A stretch of 62,139 bases of DNA, counting the filler, from Sphacelaria rigidula (Eukaryota): assembly GCA_964200075.2 (NCBI GenBank). It is 10 parts of 10 records of this genome, joined end to end, with 100 filler letters (N's around TTAATTAATTAA, not from the genome) between each part and the next. Parts side by side here need not be neighbours in the genome. Positions count along the whole stretch, not along the records: positions 18,673 to 24,796 come from CAXNAA020022081.1; positions 24,897 to 31,020 come from CAXNAA020022082.1; positions 31,121 to 37,244 come from CAXNAA020022083.1; 7 more parts are not named here. One strand, given 5' to 3'. Numbering within the stretch: position 1 is the first letter of the stretch; each line of letters begins with the position of its first letter. The notes below the pieces were generated by a model. That model was not told where the DNA came from, did no database searches, and saw only the letters and a list, made by a program, of their open reading frames with translations. A program made the position numbers and the translations under genes. Below are positions 23,901-36,059 of this stretch, piece after piece.

Positions 23901-25999
23901 AGGTCAGCGGTAATTTTGCGGTCGATGTCTGATCGGCAACCTATCCTTTCGTAGGCAGACTGGATGTGTGGGGGGGTTATCCTCGCTCTGGATGGGCACG
24001 TCTGCATTATAGCGCCGCCTGTGCAATGAGAATCTACCAAAGGCTTCTGGTTCCCGGTCAGCAGACAGGCCTTCTCTACGGTGTACAACAAAGGTAGTAG
24101 AAGAGGCAGCAGCAGCATCAGTAGTAGTCGCCTTCGCAGCTGTAGTAGTTGTCTTTGCTGCTGTTTCTGTTACTTTTGCAGTTGTTTTTGCGGTTTCTAC
24201 TGCTGTTGCTTTTCGCCCCCCCCCCCTCCCCCTACTATAGCATGCAAGATCACGAGTACATCCCCCACCCCAACTCCTAATAGAGACACCTTCAACATTT
24301 CGGTGATCATTACGTATCTTCCATACATTACACAAAAGCGTTCTATATATCTTATCCACGTCCTGTTTCGCCGTCAGATGGTGGCCACAGACGGCGAAAC
24401 AGGACGGCGATAAGATATGTAAAACGTTTTTGTGTAATGTATGGAAGATACGTAATGATCACCGAAATGTTGGAAGTGCCTCTATTTGGAGTAGAAACGG
24501 TGCTACATCTTGAAAAGGATGTGTGGTCAACGATCAAGCGACTAAGCTAAGCAACAAATGAGAACGCCCCCCCTACTCCCATTAGTCTTACAGCTACGGC
24601 ATACATGATCATGAGTACACCCCCCACCCTCACGGAAGAAAAGTAATGAGCGCCAGAATGTTGAAGTTGTCTCTATGAGGAGTAGGAACGGTGCTCCGTC
24701 TCGAAAGGGATTCATGGTCAATGGTCAGACGACTAAGGCAAGCAACAAATGAATACGCCCGCCCCCCCCCCCCCCCCCGCCGCCCCCCCCCCCGAANNNN
24801 NNNNNNNNNNNNNNNNNNNNNNNNNNNNNNNNNNNNNNNNTTAATTAATTAANNNNNNNNNNNNNNNNNNNNNNNNNNNNNNNNNNNNNNNNNNNNCCCC
24901 CAGAACTTTTTTGAACATTTTCACCCCTTCATTTTTTTTTCTTTTCTCCCCCCCCCCCCCCCCCCCCCCCTCCCCTCTCCCTCCCTCATCCTCAGCGCAC
25001 ATCCGTGGTCCTGAGCGATCAACCCGCCTCTCTTCCCTCGTTACTAGCCTTGTACTCTGTTTTCAAGCATTGGACCATGACCATCATCACTATAGTAGTC
25101 TCCAGCTGATTTAGGGGTTTCTTTGCGTTTTTTTCTCCGTCGGCGATCTCCAATAGTTCTCTCGCGCGCAGCCGCTCATCCCAGTGAACGCTTGTTCTCA
25201 AAGTGTTGGGGTCGGGAGACACGGGGAATCCGGTCCACATTCCGAAACAAAAAATAATATTTTCGCTTCATATTAAGCGACTTACGGGCTGAATTGACAG
25301 GGAGTGCTACTGACCATTTTTGGTCCAAACACGTTTATTTTTGGCCCTAGCGCAATGAATGGGCGGAAATAGAAAATAACCGTCTGTAAAATTATTCACG
25401 AGAGCGATCAGGATTGGTTCACCCCCCCCCTGTGCTATGCAGAGCTTGGTCGGGCAATTATCGGAGTCGGATACTTCTCTGAATTTTCTCGTACAGTCCT
25501 TAGCACTCGAAAGTCCTAGCATCAATAGATATGGGGGAAAGAAGCAGGTCGTGCCCAGGGCACAATCCTCTGTTGCTGTTGTCACGTTGATATGAAGTAA
25601 GTACCTCGTTTATTTTGGGGTGTGATCGACCGTAACTGGTAAAAAAAACACAGTTTTTCGGCTCTACCGCAATGAATAGATGGAAATTGAACAAAACACA
25701 CATGTACATTTGTTCACAGAATGATAGGATTGCTTAAGTCGAGAAAAAATGCCCCAAGGGTCAAAACCTGGGACTGGGTTGTCGCAGCCCCCCCCGCCAA
25801 ACCGGTCAGCCCGTGAGCCCTTCGATATTGAGTGCAGAGATGATTTTGTTTCGGAACGTGGAGCGGATGCCTAGTATCTCTCGATCCCCAAACTTTGGGA
25901 TCAAACGTTCCCTGGGATGAGCGGTGCACACAAAAATACTATCGAAAATCGCCGACTACGAATAAGGTACAAAAATCCCCTGATTCAGCTGGGAACTAG

Positions 26000-26169
26000 G
26001 GTACCGCAACCCATCAACTTTCCTCAAGTTTTATTTTGCCCAACCCTCCTTTTCATGTATTTCGGACGATGAAATCCAGGAGAACGGCTATCTCGTTGTC
26101 GGGAGTCGAACCCACCAAAATCGCTTAACGGGTAGGTTCGTCTTGGATTACCAGTCTGACCATCGGGGC
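26000..26169 (-). mobile_element. tRNA-derived SINE head (family 2) or tRNA pseudogene
   Basis: Minus strand GCCCCGATGGTCAGACTGGTAA...GGTGGGTTCGACTCCC has A and B boxes but no canonical cloverleaf. Confidence 0.6.
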
Positions 26170-27316
26170 ATGTCTACGTCATCTGGTGTGCAGTTTTGTT
26201 GTACCGTTCGCCATTCCATGTAACAGTTTGTGTACAGCGCTGTGGTCGACCGAGGCTCGACTTCCCTCGATACACATGGCAGGTGTGATCTGCTTCTTTC
26301 CGCTCAACATACCTTTGGGATACTTTTGTCAGTGCTTGTCGGCGCAAGAAAGTTTTCTTCAGCGCAGGTAGCATATGCCATACGTTCTACGTCACCCGTA
26401 CGCACCACAGTATACCACCTGCCGCCTCCCCTCGTTATTAACACTCTTGGATAATACCATTTGGGGGGGGGGTGCTCATGAACCTCTTGGGGGGAAGGGA
26501 GAGAGGGAGGAAGGGGAGGCGTACTCATTTGTTGCGGGCGGGTGGGGTGGGGGGGGCAGGGTTGGCATCATAGTAGTGCTTGCACTGCTTAGAAATATGC
26601 TTGACATAAGTGCAAACAGAAACACGTATGATAGCTTGAACATGACATCATGAAATCATCTTGAACTCGGCTCATCCTTTTCTTTGCAATGTGTACAGGG
26701 TGTTAAATACATCCCCTTGTAGGCAACTATTACGCAACAACGCATGTTTTTTAGCAATAAATATTTTCACCTTTGTTTTCACCCTTCACGGGAGGAGGGA
26801 GAGGGGGGCAGGGGGTATTGCGGAAGCAATAATGTATACATGCACAGAAAATGACGTACAATCTACGAAAATTCACATTGCCATAAGGTGGATGTATACA
26901 TGAACGAGCCCGTTCAAACGGACGGGAAGCAGTCGGGCGATGTAATGGGCCAAAAAACGGTCAGTCTCAAAAAGATCTAAATAGCTTGCAGTCCGGTGGT
27001 CCGATGATACTGAACCACGTGTCACATGGTAAACTACGCCTTACATGTGGTGTAATAAAAACCTTAGATTGCGGTGTACATCACCCCTCCGTGAGAACGT
27101 TTTTTTGGGATCTCAAAACTCATCACCCGGGAATACTTTTGGGGGGAGGGGTTAGAAGGTGACATAACATGTGCCCTAGTACAGCCTGTCCCCACCCCTC
27201 CCATCCGAAAAGAAGAACGAAGAAAATAGCATCCAGTCGTGTAATAACTAGCTGGATACAATGTTACTTTTTCTTCCGTCAACGTTTGTCGGATCGGCGG
27301 CGGAATTGAAAAATAG

Positions 27317-27438
27317 GTCGGAGTTGGCGGCATTGCATTCGGGGACGGGATACACGATCCTGATGCAGTCTGTGACCTGTTGGACCACGCCTTCGACAGA
27401 GCTGGCATCAACTGGGTCGACACGTCTGAGACGTACCC
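27317..27438 (+). CDS. Aldo/keto reductase (Tas-like), internal exon a
   Basis: AG|...|GTGAGT; translates VGVGGIAFGDGIHDPDAVCDLLDHAFDRAGINWVDTSETYP, matching the AKR GINFIDTAExYP motif (catalytic Asp and Tyr). Confidence 0.9.
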
Positions 27439-27871
27439 GTGAGTTAGCAGAATTTGTGAACATTGCCATGGAGCTTGATACTCTAGCTATTGTTCCATGG
27501 CATGCGTTCGTGTTCGTTTCAACAAGAGATATGCGTTTGTTTTGATACTAGTCCATGCAACTTTTTTTTTTTTTTCAGGCGTCCAGCGAGTAGAGGTCGA
27601 CGCGAAAAGGGCAACATTTTCGCCTGAATAATGACTATAAGACCCAGATGACCCACTCTGGTGGTCGAATGGTTCAATTGTCGATCGGCGAGTCAGGATT
27701 CCCGCAGCTCGTAGATTTTCATCGAATCGTGTTCGATGTTGGGAAAAAAAATGCAGCATTACATTTTGTTCTGACTACGTGTTCTTGTCTGTGTCGAAGA
27801 AAAGAAGGCAAAATGTCATTCCTCCCGCTCACCCATTCACCACCCCTACTATCCCTCCGACACTGAAACAG

Positions 27872-27968
27872 TCATCCTCTAGTCGAGGAGAACAAGTTTA
27901 AGGGCGACGAAGGCATCGGACAATGGTTGCCGACAAGAGATAGGTCCAAGGTCATCGTGTCCACCAAG
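27872..27968 (+). CDS. Aldo/keto reductase, internal exon b
   Basis: In phase with exon a; HPLVEENKFKGDEGIGQWLPTRDRSKVIVSTK contains the catalytic Lys in an ATK-like motif. Confidence 0.9.
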
Positions 27969-28159
27969 GTGGGGAGCAGGAGGAAGGGGATGGTCAGAGG
28001 GCGTAGGGGGGGGGGGGGGGGCAAGCATGGGAAATTTTCGTTGGGTTGGTTTTCTCACCCAGAAGGGGCCCCCAAAAAACAGCCCGGGGTNNNNNNNNNN
28101 GAGAAAGAGGGAAGGGAAGAGGGGGGGAAAAAAAAAGAGGGGCGCGGAGGCGGGGGGCG

Positions 28160-28219
<60 letters not shown>

Positions 28220-29165
28220 CTAGCATGTGAAATGTTCGATTGGTTGGTTATCTCACTCAGATGGGTCCGCCAAAAATCCAGCCGTGGTCATCAGATAGAT
28301 ACAGGGGAAGGGTTATGATGTACTTGAACAGGTGGTTCATTTTTTACTGTGACATTGATTGAACCCCCCAAAACGAGTCCAGCTATGACCACCAGATGTT
28401 TGTGAGGGGAACGAGGAAGGCGTACGGATGAAGTAAAATTGACATTACCCAGGTAATGTGTGACGATGTCGTATTGCCAGTAAGGTTCACCTACAGGTAT
28501 TGTTATTTTCCACACGGTTTTACCTGATATATATGTATATATATACAGGTCATGCTACTATGGACGAGCGTAGTTGATTGGTTTGTGTGTACCGTATGAC
28601 TCGTGAGCGTACACCATTCATTGACGACACGCCGCGTCAAGGGGACGGAGGGAGCGTGTCCCATGAAACACACGGTTGATTCTTGTCTTTCCTAAGATGC
28701 TTACATATTCTCTTATCGCATATACCCTCCGTACTGGTACTCGGAATCCGACACCTTTTGGTAGATAGGTATTGGCCAAGATAAACCGTCGTCCGTGACC
28801 CGCCTTTCTCTTTGTAGTCATTTTTGAAAAGTAAAAATCGGTGGCCCAATCGTGTGCGTGCGTGCGTGCGTGCGTGTGTGTGTGTGTGTTTCCAGCTTCC
28901 AACCTCGATCATTAGGACGCTACTCACGCGAATCGCTTCCGTGGTCTCCGCTGTGATACAGTGTTGTACCCCCTGTCGTGTGTAAACATTGCACACTCCG
29001 GACAAAATGAAGTTGATCGTTGCAATAGAAGAGATTGTACCGCGTAGAGCACAGGCCTATTGCAACTATTGACCGCATATTGTCATTATCCAGGGTGTGT
29101 ACATTGACCTGATCACGGGTGAGAGTGAGGGGGAAATAGGTGGGCATGGCCTGTGTGCCGACCCC

Positions 29166-29940
29166 CTATTTGATGTGTTCTCCTTTTTTTTCAACACCAG
29201 TCCGGGAGGATTCATCCCCGAATACTGTACACGTGGTCGTGGCAGGTTCACCTAGGTGTACTGGAGTCCTTCGTCTCGACCACTGGATGATGATATCGTG
29301 AAGCAGGTCCGCCCTTGCGGCACCCGCGATCGCGAAGAACGATCGACAGTGCCATTTTTTCCCAGAAGTCATTAGTGGTTGACCGAGCTGGTGGAACTTG
29401 AACGGGTTAAGGCAGAAGATTGAGGTCTCGAATCTCGCGAGTTGCGTTTGCTGGATTTCCGTCGTCCAAAGTGTGAGGGCGTGAGTAGCGGAGGAGATTA
29501 TTGAAGATAAGCCGATGCGATACGGAGGGTGATGATCCAATCCGCGACACTGAAATGTGTGAGGCACTTTTTTCCTTTCCTTGAAGGAAGAAGGGATCCT
29601 CACCCGATACTTACCTCACAAGCGGGGGTTCGTATGCCGATTACCCGGGGGCTCGGCTAGACCGCTTCGCGGCAGTCACGTGGGGTGGGCGCCTCGAGCG
29701 TTCGCAAGCTTTGCTCAAGGCAGTGTGGGGGTCCGATCCTCTGAAACCCCCTGTCAACTTGGTGCAGTGCACGCGTTGCTGTACTCTTATGAGCGTCGGC
29801 CCTAGGCATGTACCAGGGGAGCAGAGATATTGAAATTGATCTCCTGAGACTGGGGGACTCGTCCCGAGGAAAGGGAGGGGTCAGCCGTAGGAAGGGAGGA
29901 CAACAAGGGTGTGCAGTGAGTCATCTATGCATATCGGCTT
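29166..29940 (-). mobile_element. Degenerate tyrosine-recombinase element remnant (DIRS/Ngaro-like) in the AKR intron
   Basis: ORF 29166-29603 has FKFHQLGQPLMT and HCRSFFAIAGAARADLLHDIIIQWSR, resembling the YR LF..G.PLT and HSFRIG.A....I...GRW motifs. Confidence 0.4.
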
Positions 29941-30096
29941 GTCTCGTCAACGATGCAGTGTGACTTTGCTTCATCGGTGAACAAGATTAACGATACCCCG
30001 ACGGAACAAAAAGCTTGCTCCCGAGGATGATTGTCGAATTCATGGGGCACCGAATAGTAAGTGTTCTGATGCGTGTATCAGGATGGGCGTGCTTTG

Positions 30097-30182
30097 ACAC
30101 ACACACGCACACACACACACACACATGTATGTATGTATGTATGTATGTATGTATGTATGTATGTATGTATGTATGTATGTAT
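30097..30182 (+). repeat. Compound microsatellite (CA)n-(TATG)n
   Basis: Directly visible. Other simple repeats: (GTC)n ~2092-2117, (GTT)n ~30536-30575, poly-G ~28161-28219, (GCGT)n(GT)n ~28852-28889. Confidence 0.95.
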
Positions 30183-30338
30183 ACATATATACCGGCAGTA
30201 CCTGGCTCTGTGCTGTACTCGTATTCCTTGTCTAATATTTTTGTCGGCGTTTTTATCAAATAGATGTTATTACAAAGTAATTACCAGTTTTTTTTCTTGT
30301 TTTGTGCGTGTGTGTGGTGGTGACACCCTACCAAACAG

Positions 30339-30493
30339 GTGGCGAGTCACGCCGTGCAAAACTACTGGTTGAGGAAGGACGCCCCGCACACCATGATCAA
30401 CCGCGACCAGATACTGGAGAGTGTTGAAGGCAGCCTCAAGAGGATGAACACGGACTACATTGATATCTTGCACCTCGGAGATTGGCCTGAGCG
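30339..30493 (+). CDS. Aldo/keto reductase, internal exon c
   Basis: CAG|...|GTAAGT, in phase with exon b; VASHAVQNYWLRKDAPHTMINRDQILESVEGSLKRMNTDYIDILHLGDWPER matches SLxRLxTDYIDLYQxHWPxR. Confidence 0.92.
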
Positions 30494-30535
30494 GTAAGTG
30501 GGCGTGTGATTTCTATTGCTGAACCTACTTAACTT

Positions 30536-30573
<38 letters not shown>

Positions 30574-32484
30574 ATTGTTATTTTAATTGTTGTTGTGTGC
30601 TGTACACCCAGTGTCGTGCGTTCTGTTCATCCTTTTACTGTTTTTTCAAGGGAGAATGGGGACGGGGGAGAGAGAAGAGCTATCGCACACAGCATAATTT
30701 CACAAGAGACAGCAGCCTACATGGGGCGCACTTGTGACGGTGACGATCTGTCCCAGGGATGCATGCTCCACTTCGGATGCTGTCACCCCCCTCCCCTCAA
30801 GAACGCATTGTCAATGACTTCAACAGCTGTAAGGCATGCTAACTAACCATAAACGCGCATTGACCCTTGCTTATTGAGCTCTTCCTGCGCCTCATGTCGG
30901 TTTCAGGCGCATACGGAGTAAGGCGCTACCAACCCCACCCCGCCGCCGCCGCCTCGTCTGAGTTTACACCTCCCCCCCTCCCCCCCTTTTTTTTTTTTTT
31001 TTTTCTTTTTTCTCCCCTTTNNNNNNNNNNNNNNNNNNNNNNNNNNNNNNNNNNNNNNNNNNNNTTAATTAATTAANNNNNNNNNNNNNNNNNNNNNNNN
31101 NNNNNNNNNNNNNNNNNNNNTGGTCACACAAACAAAGAAAGCAAAAAAAGAGTACCCCCCCCCCCCCCCCCCCCATAATGGTCTTGATGACTATGGTATG
31201 CATGATCATGAGTACACCCCCCCGCCATGGGGCACAGACGGCGAAATAGGACGGGGATAAGATATGTAAAATATTTTGTGTAATGTATGGAAGAAACGTA
31301 ATGAGCGCCGGAATGTTAAAGTGGCTCTATTGGGAGTAGGAACGGTGGTCCGTCTCGAAAGGGGTGCGTGGTCACTGGTCAAAAGACGAAGGCGAGCAAG
31401 AAATGAGTACGCCCCCCCCCCATGCTGTTGGTCGAGCTAGATCATATTGTGCGGCGTGGGAGAATCTCAATTCCGCGAGGATAATCATACTACGTAGTCT
31501 TGGAATGGTTAGACACCCATGAGGCAGTGTGTCAACCCATGGCTGGATCCCTGGGGGGTTGGTTAAAGTGCGACAATCAATCAATATCAGTATTCTCAGT
31601 ATTCTCACAATTCCCATTATTCCCATGATTCCCATTACTCACCCTCATCCTCATTATTATCACTACTAAATCATTATCAATATTATTCATATTATAAGAA
31701 TAACTCACAGTAACCCTAACCCCCACCCTAACGAAGGCATACCAAGAACCCTCGGGCAGGGGGGGTGCAACATGTCCCCTAGGCAAAGTGTGCGTTGCGA
31801 GACCTCTAGACACCGATTTAGACGAAAACGCGATCTGCGCACGCTATAATAGAAGCACAGCCCCCAATAAAAATCCGGATTTCGATGTCCTCACTAAAAC
31901 CAAGTCGGAAAGTTCCATGCCTACCAAGCTGTAAAATATGCTGTTCCCATCTGCCTGCACCTATCTGCATACATAATATACTTCTGCACGAAAAACGAGA
32001 TATGAAAGCCAGATCTCGGAAGCTCTCGTCCCTCGGAATAATTCTCTCGACCAGATGAGACCTAACCCACCACCTGATTCATGTCCAACGGTATAATCGC
32101 CGCAGTTTTTCTGACCTTTTCTTTTCCCCTCTCCAGTAGATTTTCAATAGAAGGGGGAAAAAATCCAAGGGTCTACATGTGACACTAGCTACGTACACGT
32201 TTCACGTCAAAAGTCGTCAAAAGTGAAGTCAGGGCTCCCCATGTGGTCCCCGTCCCTCACCGTAATACCTACCAGCCTGTCATGAAACGTGATACGACGT
32301 GACACGTAACGAGTGTAACGTGTAGACCCTTGAAAAAAAAGGGCACCCCGCCGAGCGTTTTCTCCATTGACACGGCAGAGCACGTTGCCTACAAGTAGAT
32401 CTTGCTTTTTTACGGTAAATATAATAGTATTTATTTATTACGGCCAAGAATTGATTGCTCCAACCGCTGCCTTGTGCCGCGCAG

Positions 32485-32603
32485 GAGAAGCAAACGCATT
32501 GGGAGAAGGAAGTGGCGAGGCTCCGCTTTGTGGTATCGCAGCGCGCGAAGAGCAGAGACAAGCACGAGCAACAGGCAATGAACCAGAAGGACAAGGGAGA
32601 AAC
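32485..32603 (+). CDS. Coiled-coil protein of unknown identity, internal exon a
   Basis: GCAG|...|GTGAGT; EKQTHWEKEVARLRFVVSQRAKSRDKHEQQAMNQKDKGE, phase 2. Confidence 0.75.
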
Positions 32604-34651
32604 GTGAGTTCTGTACTTGTATACCGCCGTCTGTCGGCACGAATCCTTTGAAAAAATGATTACTAATGCGCACCCTGCACAACTAGGCTCGTTCGTATTA
32701 TGCTAGCACGGTTTTTGAAGAATTCATTTATCTTGAAAATAGTGCTGGGTCGCTATTTTGTAAAACCGTGGTATTATAGCATAATAAGTAGAAAGCCTAT
32801 GCACAACACGATAGACAGCATTGGCAACTGTGTACTGTTGTGTACAGTATGCAATGTGTTCGCCTCTTGCAATAAACATTGGCAAGTGCGTACTGTATAC
32901 AGTATACAATATATTCGCCTCTTGCAATAGACGAGAGATTCGATACTCTAGGCAGTACATTCTCCCCCCCAAAAGTAATCTTTCGTTGTTGTCCCGAGGT
33001 GTGAAATAATGCTATGTGATGGTCATATCGGAACATTTTGAACTACATTTTCGAAGTAAGGGTGTATCCCCCCCCTACCCCCCTCCTGCTCCGTCTCGAA
33101 AGGGATGCGTGGTCAATGGTCAAACGACTAAGGCAAGCAACAAATGAGTACGCCCCCCACCCCCCTCCCTCCTCGCCATATTTTTTTCACGAAAAGTGTC
33201 AAAAATCGAGTGGACAGCAAAGATAATGAGAGGAAACATGAGGTCAGTACAGTGGAGAACATTAAGTATACTTCCTCCTGCGTACTCGAGTTTTTGCTCA
33301 TCACATTAGCCCTTGCTCAAAAATCAAGCACCCGTGGTCGCAAAGCCGTGGTATAAATACAGAAAGGAAGGAGAAACAACATGCGCACGAAAATGGTGTT
33401 TTTTATTATTTCGGCACTGGGCCAATCATGTGTACATTGTGGTCATGAGTGTGTCTGGGTTCATTGTATTAGGGTCGTATATGGGTGCCGAAAACGAGAT
33501 CATGGTGATACTGAAAGCAATTATCTGTGGTTGCGCCTTTGGGTACCGGACGAGAGCCTTGGCCCGAGCTAACCCCCCTTCCCCGAAATGCGAAACAGGA
33601 CGGGCATAAGATATGTAAAAGGTTTCTGTGTAGTGTATGGAAGAAATGTATTGAGCACCTAAATGTTGGAGATGTCTCTATTAGGAGTAGGAACAGTGCT
33701 CCGTCTCGAAATGGATGCGTGGTCAATGGTCAGACGACTAAGGCAAGCAACAGATGGGTACTCCCACCCCCCACCCCCCCCCTCCTTATCGATTGTTAGT
33801 ATTTTCTTTGGGCGATAGTCTTGCAGTATCCCCTGATTTGTGTGTTTGTACCTGGTGTACTGTCCGCAATCCTTGGGCTTGATCACTTCTGCAGTCTCTT
33901 TCTTCTCCGTTCTCTCTTTCTTCTCCGTTCTCTCTTTCCCCCCATCTCTCCATACGTGTGTTATTTCCTCCCGGTGTATGCAAGCTGGTGAGGGATCTCG
34001 CTTGAAGCACCGCCGGAGGAAGACAAAAAATATGCGATTTGGTTTCATTTCCCTTGACAAGTCAGGTCCGCCCGGGTGCTCGAGAATCCGTCGTGCAGAA
34101 ACCACGCCAAATATGTTTTCAAAAACGAATATGGAAAGAACGACGAGGCCTGTAGCCTCTACCAGACGATCTCTCACGAGCCAGACAGCAAGGGGCCATC
34201 AATCCAGGAATCCCTGTCTCCTGGCACTGCTCCAAATCATGCATGCGATTATACTGAAACCAACGGCTTGGTATCATTTGGCTACAGGCCAAGAAGCAAT
34301 TCAGCATTGTAAAAAGCCTCGATCATCATCAGCGCACGCACATGAGAATGGAGACACATGGACACAGTACTGAACACAAATAACAACATGCAAACAACGC
34401 TCCGGCGGAAGGTGATTGGGCGTACGGCCGGACTAATCAAATTATGCGCGATTCCGGGTAATAAGTTGTCCCGCGGTGTCTGATATACAAGGCACTACTC
34501 CGTTGGGTGGGGTACGGTACGGGGGGAAAAGAAACATACGATCCGAAGCCCAACGCGGTAGGTACATACAGGCGACGCAACAAACATGTGTTAACCGTGA
34601 GGTTGAAGACATCGACGCCGGTGAGAACCTGGAGAAGTTTTTGTTCCTCAA

Positions 34652-34843
34652 GGGCGTGTCTTAGCCCATTATTTCTCGATAGAACATGTGCGGTGGACAA
34701 GGAAAACTCCAATCTGATGGGTCGTGATTTCAACCATCGTCGAAAATTTTGAAGATGGTTGAAATCACAAGCTATCAGATCGGAGTTTTTAGTTTTCCAC
34801 TGCACTTCTCCGATAAAAAAATGATGTGTGCTAAGACACGGCC
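34652..34843. mobile_element. Palindromic (fold-back) MITE, PIF/Harbinger-like
   Basis: TIRs GGGCGTGTCTTAGC / GCTAAGACACGGCC; internal arms GTGATTTCAACCATC / GATGGTTGAAATCAC; flanks CAA / TAA resemble a 3-bp TAA TSD. Confidence 0.75.
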
Positions 34844-35333
34844 TAAGTCTACCCAATCAAACTCAATCGAGCGGTGAAGACTGAAGGTGTTGTGTAGTGA
34901 CCCTCTCCGGGGCGTAGAGGCCCACAGAGTCAGCTAAAAAGTAACTGTTGGACGTCATCGGAGCGTGATGCATCAGAGTTGCCAGATCCACTGGTGGATG
35001 GTATGAATATTTCCTGACGGAGCTACAGGTATTGTTCACGATGAACAGGAGTAGTCCTGTCCTGTCCTGTCTTAATCAAGGTGTCATTACCCTGTGGATA
35101 ACGACATGTATACATATCGATATATAACCCTGGGTCTAGCCCGGTCCCAACCACTATCAAGTATCGGAGTTATGCATGACTCGTTTTTTACTGGATTTTC
35201 CATCCAAATCGTGCTTCATAATCAACATTATAGTACATGTAATTTTTATTCAACATACGTCGTATATATTTTTTTTGGTATTCACGACAATAAATACGTT
35301 TCGTTATTATTGTTTTTCTCTCCGAATGGGCAG

Positions 35334-35472
35334 GCTGGTGGGCAAGATGGTCGAGGCTAAGAACGAGCTGAAGCACATGGACAGCATGCGCAAAAAGAGC
35401 GGGGAAAAGCTGGTGGCTTTCAAAAAGAAACTGGAGCACGAGAGGGTCACCTTGGAGAGGACTAAAGAAGAG
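35334..35472 (+). CDS. Coiled-coil protein, internal exon b
   Basis: Polypyrimidine tract then CAG|...|GTAC, in phase with exon a; (T)LVGKMVEAKNELKHMDSMRKKSGEKLVAFKKKLEHERVTLERTKEE. Confidence 0.78.
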
Positions 35473-36059
35473 GTACTACGATACGGTGTATCATGACTTG
35501 TGCAATTTTTCAGAAGCACGATAAAGTTCCAGGCTTCTTTCCCAAGGGGTGGTATTCAACGTATGTGTATTGCGCTGAGTGACACCCGTTACTACTCATC
35601 ATCAGTGCTCAAAATGAAGGCTGTGCTTCCTCGAAATAATGGTTCCGGTGGAGGCTCATTTCTCATGCTCTGGTTGTTGGTTGTTGGTTCTGGGACCACA
35701 GATGTGGTGTGGAGCACACGTGATCGCTCTCGTCAAGTGCTCTCTCTCTCTCTCTTGCGGGGGGATAAGGTGTATTCATGACCTTGCATGCCGTAGTCAT
35801 GTAAACATTGACGTCGCATCCCTTCGAGGCCGGGACGGAGCTCTCGGGGGGGAGGGGGGGAGGGGGCGGGGGTGAATGGCATCAGCTGCTTCAAGCAAAA
35901 TCTGTCTGATCATGTTGGAAACCTGTCGTGGATGCTGTGTGCAGGGATGTGGGGTTGGTGGAGGAAACCTCCGGGAACTTGAGTATCGTACTATTTTAGC
36001 CGCAATGGTTGTAATCGTGTTTTCATCATTGCGGTTAGATGACGGCACGCAACTTGAAA

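Noticed and set aside
18673..24230. Intact genes in contig 4 (e.g. ORFs 20428-20760, 21720-22166, 23904-24359)
   Set aside because: No recognisable domain or consistent splice structure; probably decayed TE debris or chance frames.
27879..28318. Pro-rich and Gly-rich ORFs
   Set aside because: They are translations of an intronic poly-G tract that also spans a 10-N gap.
29607..29770. U1 snRNA (starts ATACTTACCT)
   Set aside because: It lacks the U1 loop I and II motifs and an Sm site; it is better read as a minus-strand AG|GTAAGTAT donor-like sequence or chance.
31700..31735. Telomere repeat (TAACCCTAACCC; also ~4386)
   Set aside because: Only one or two units, internal, and part of degenerate repeat sequence.
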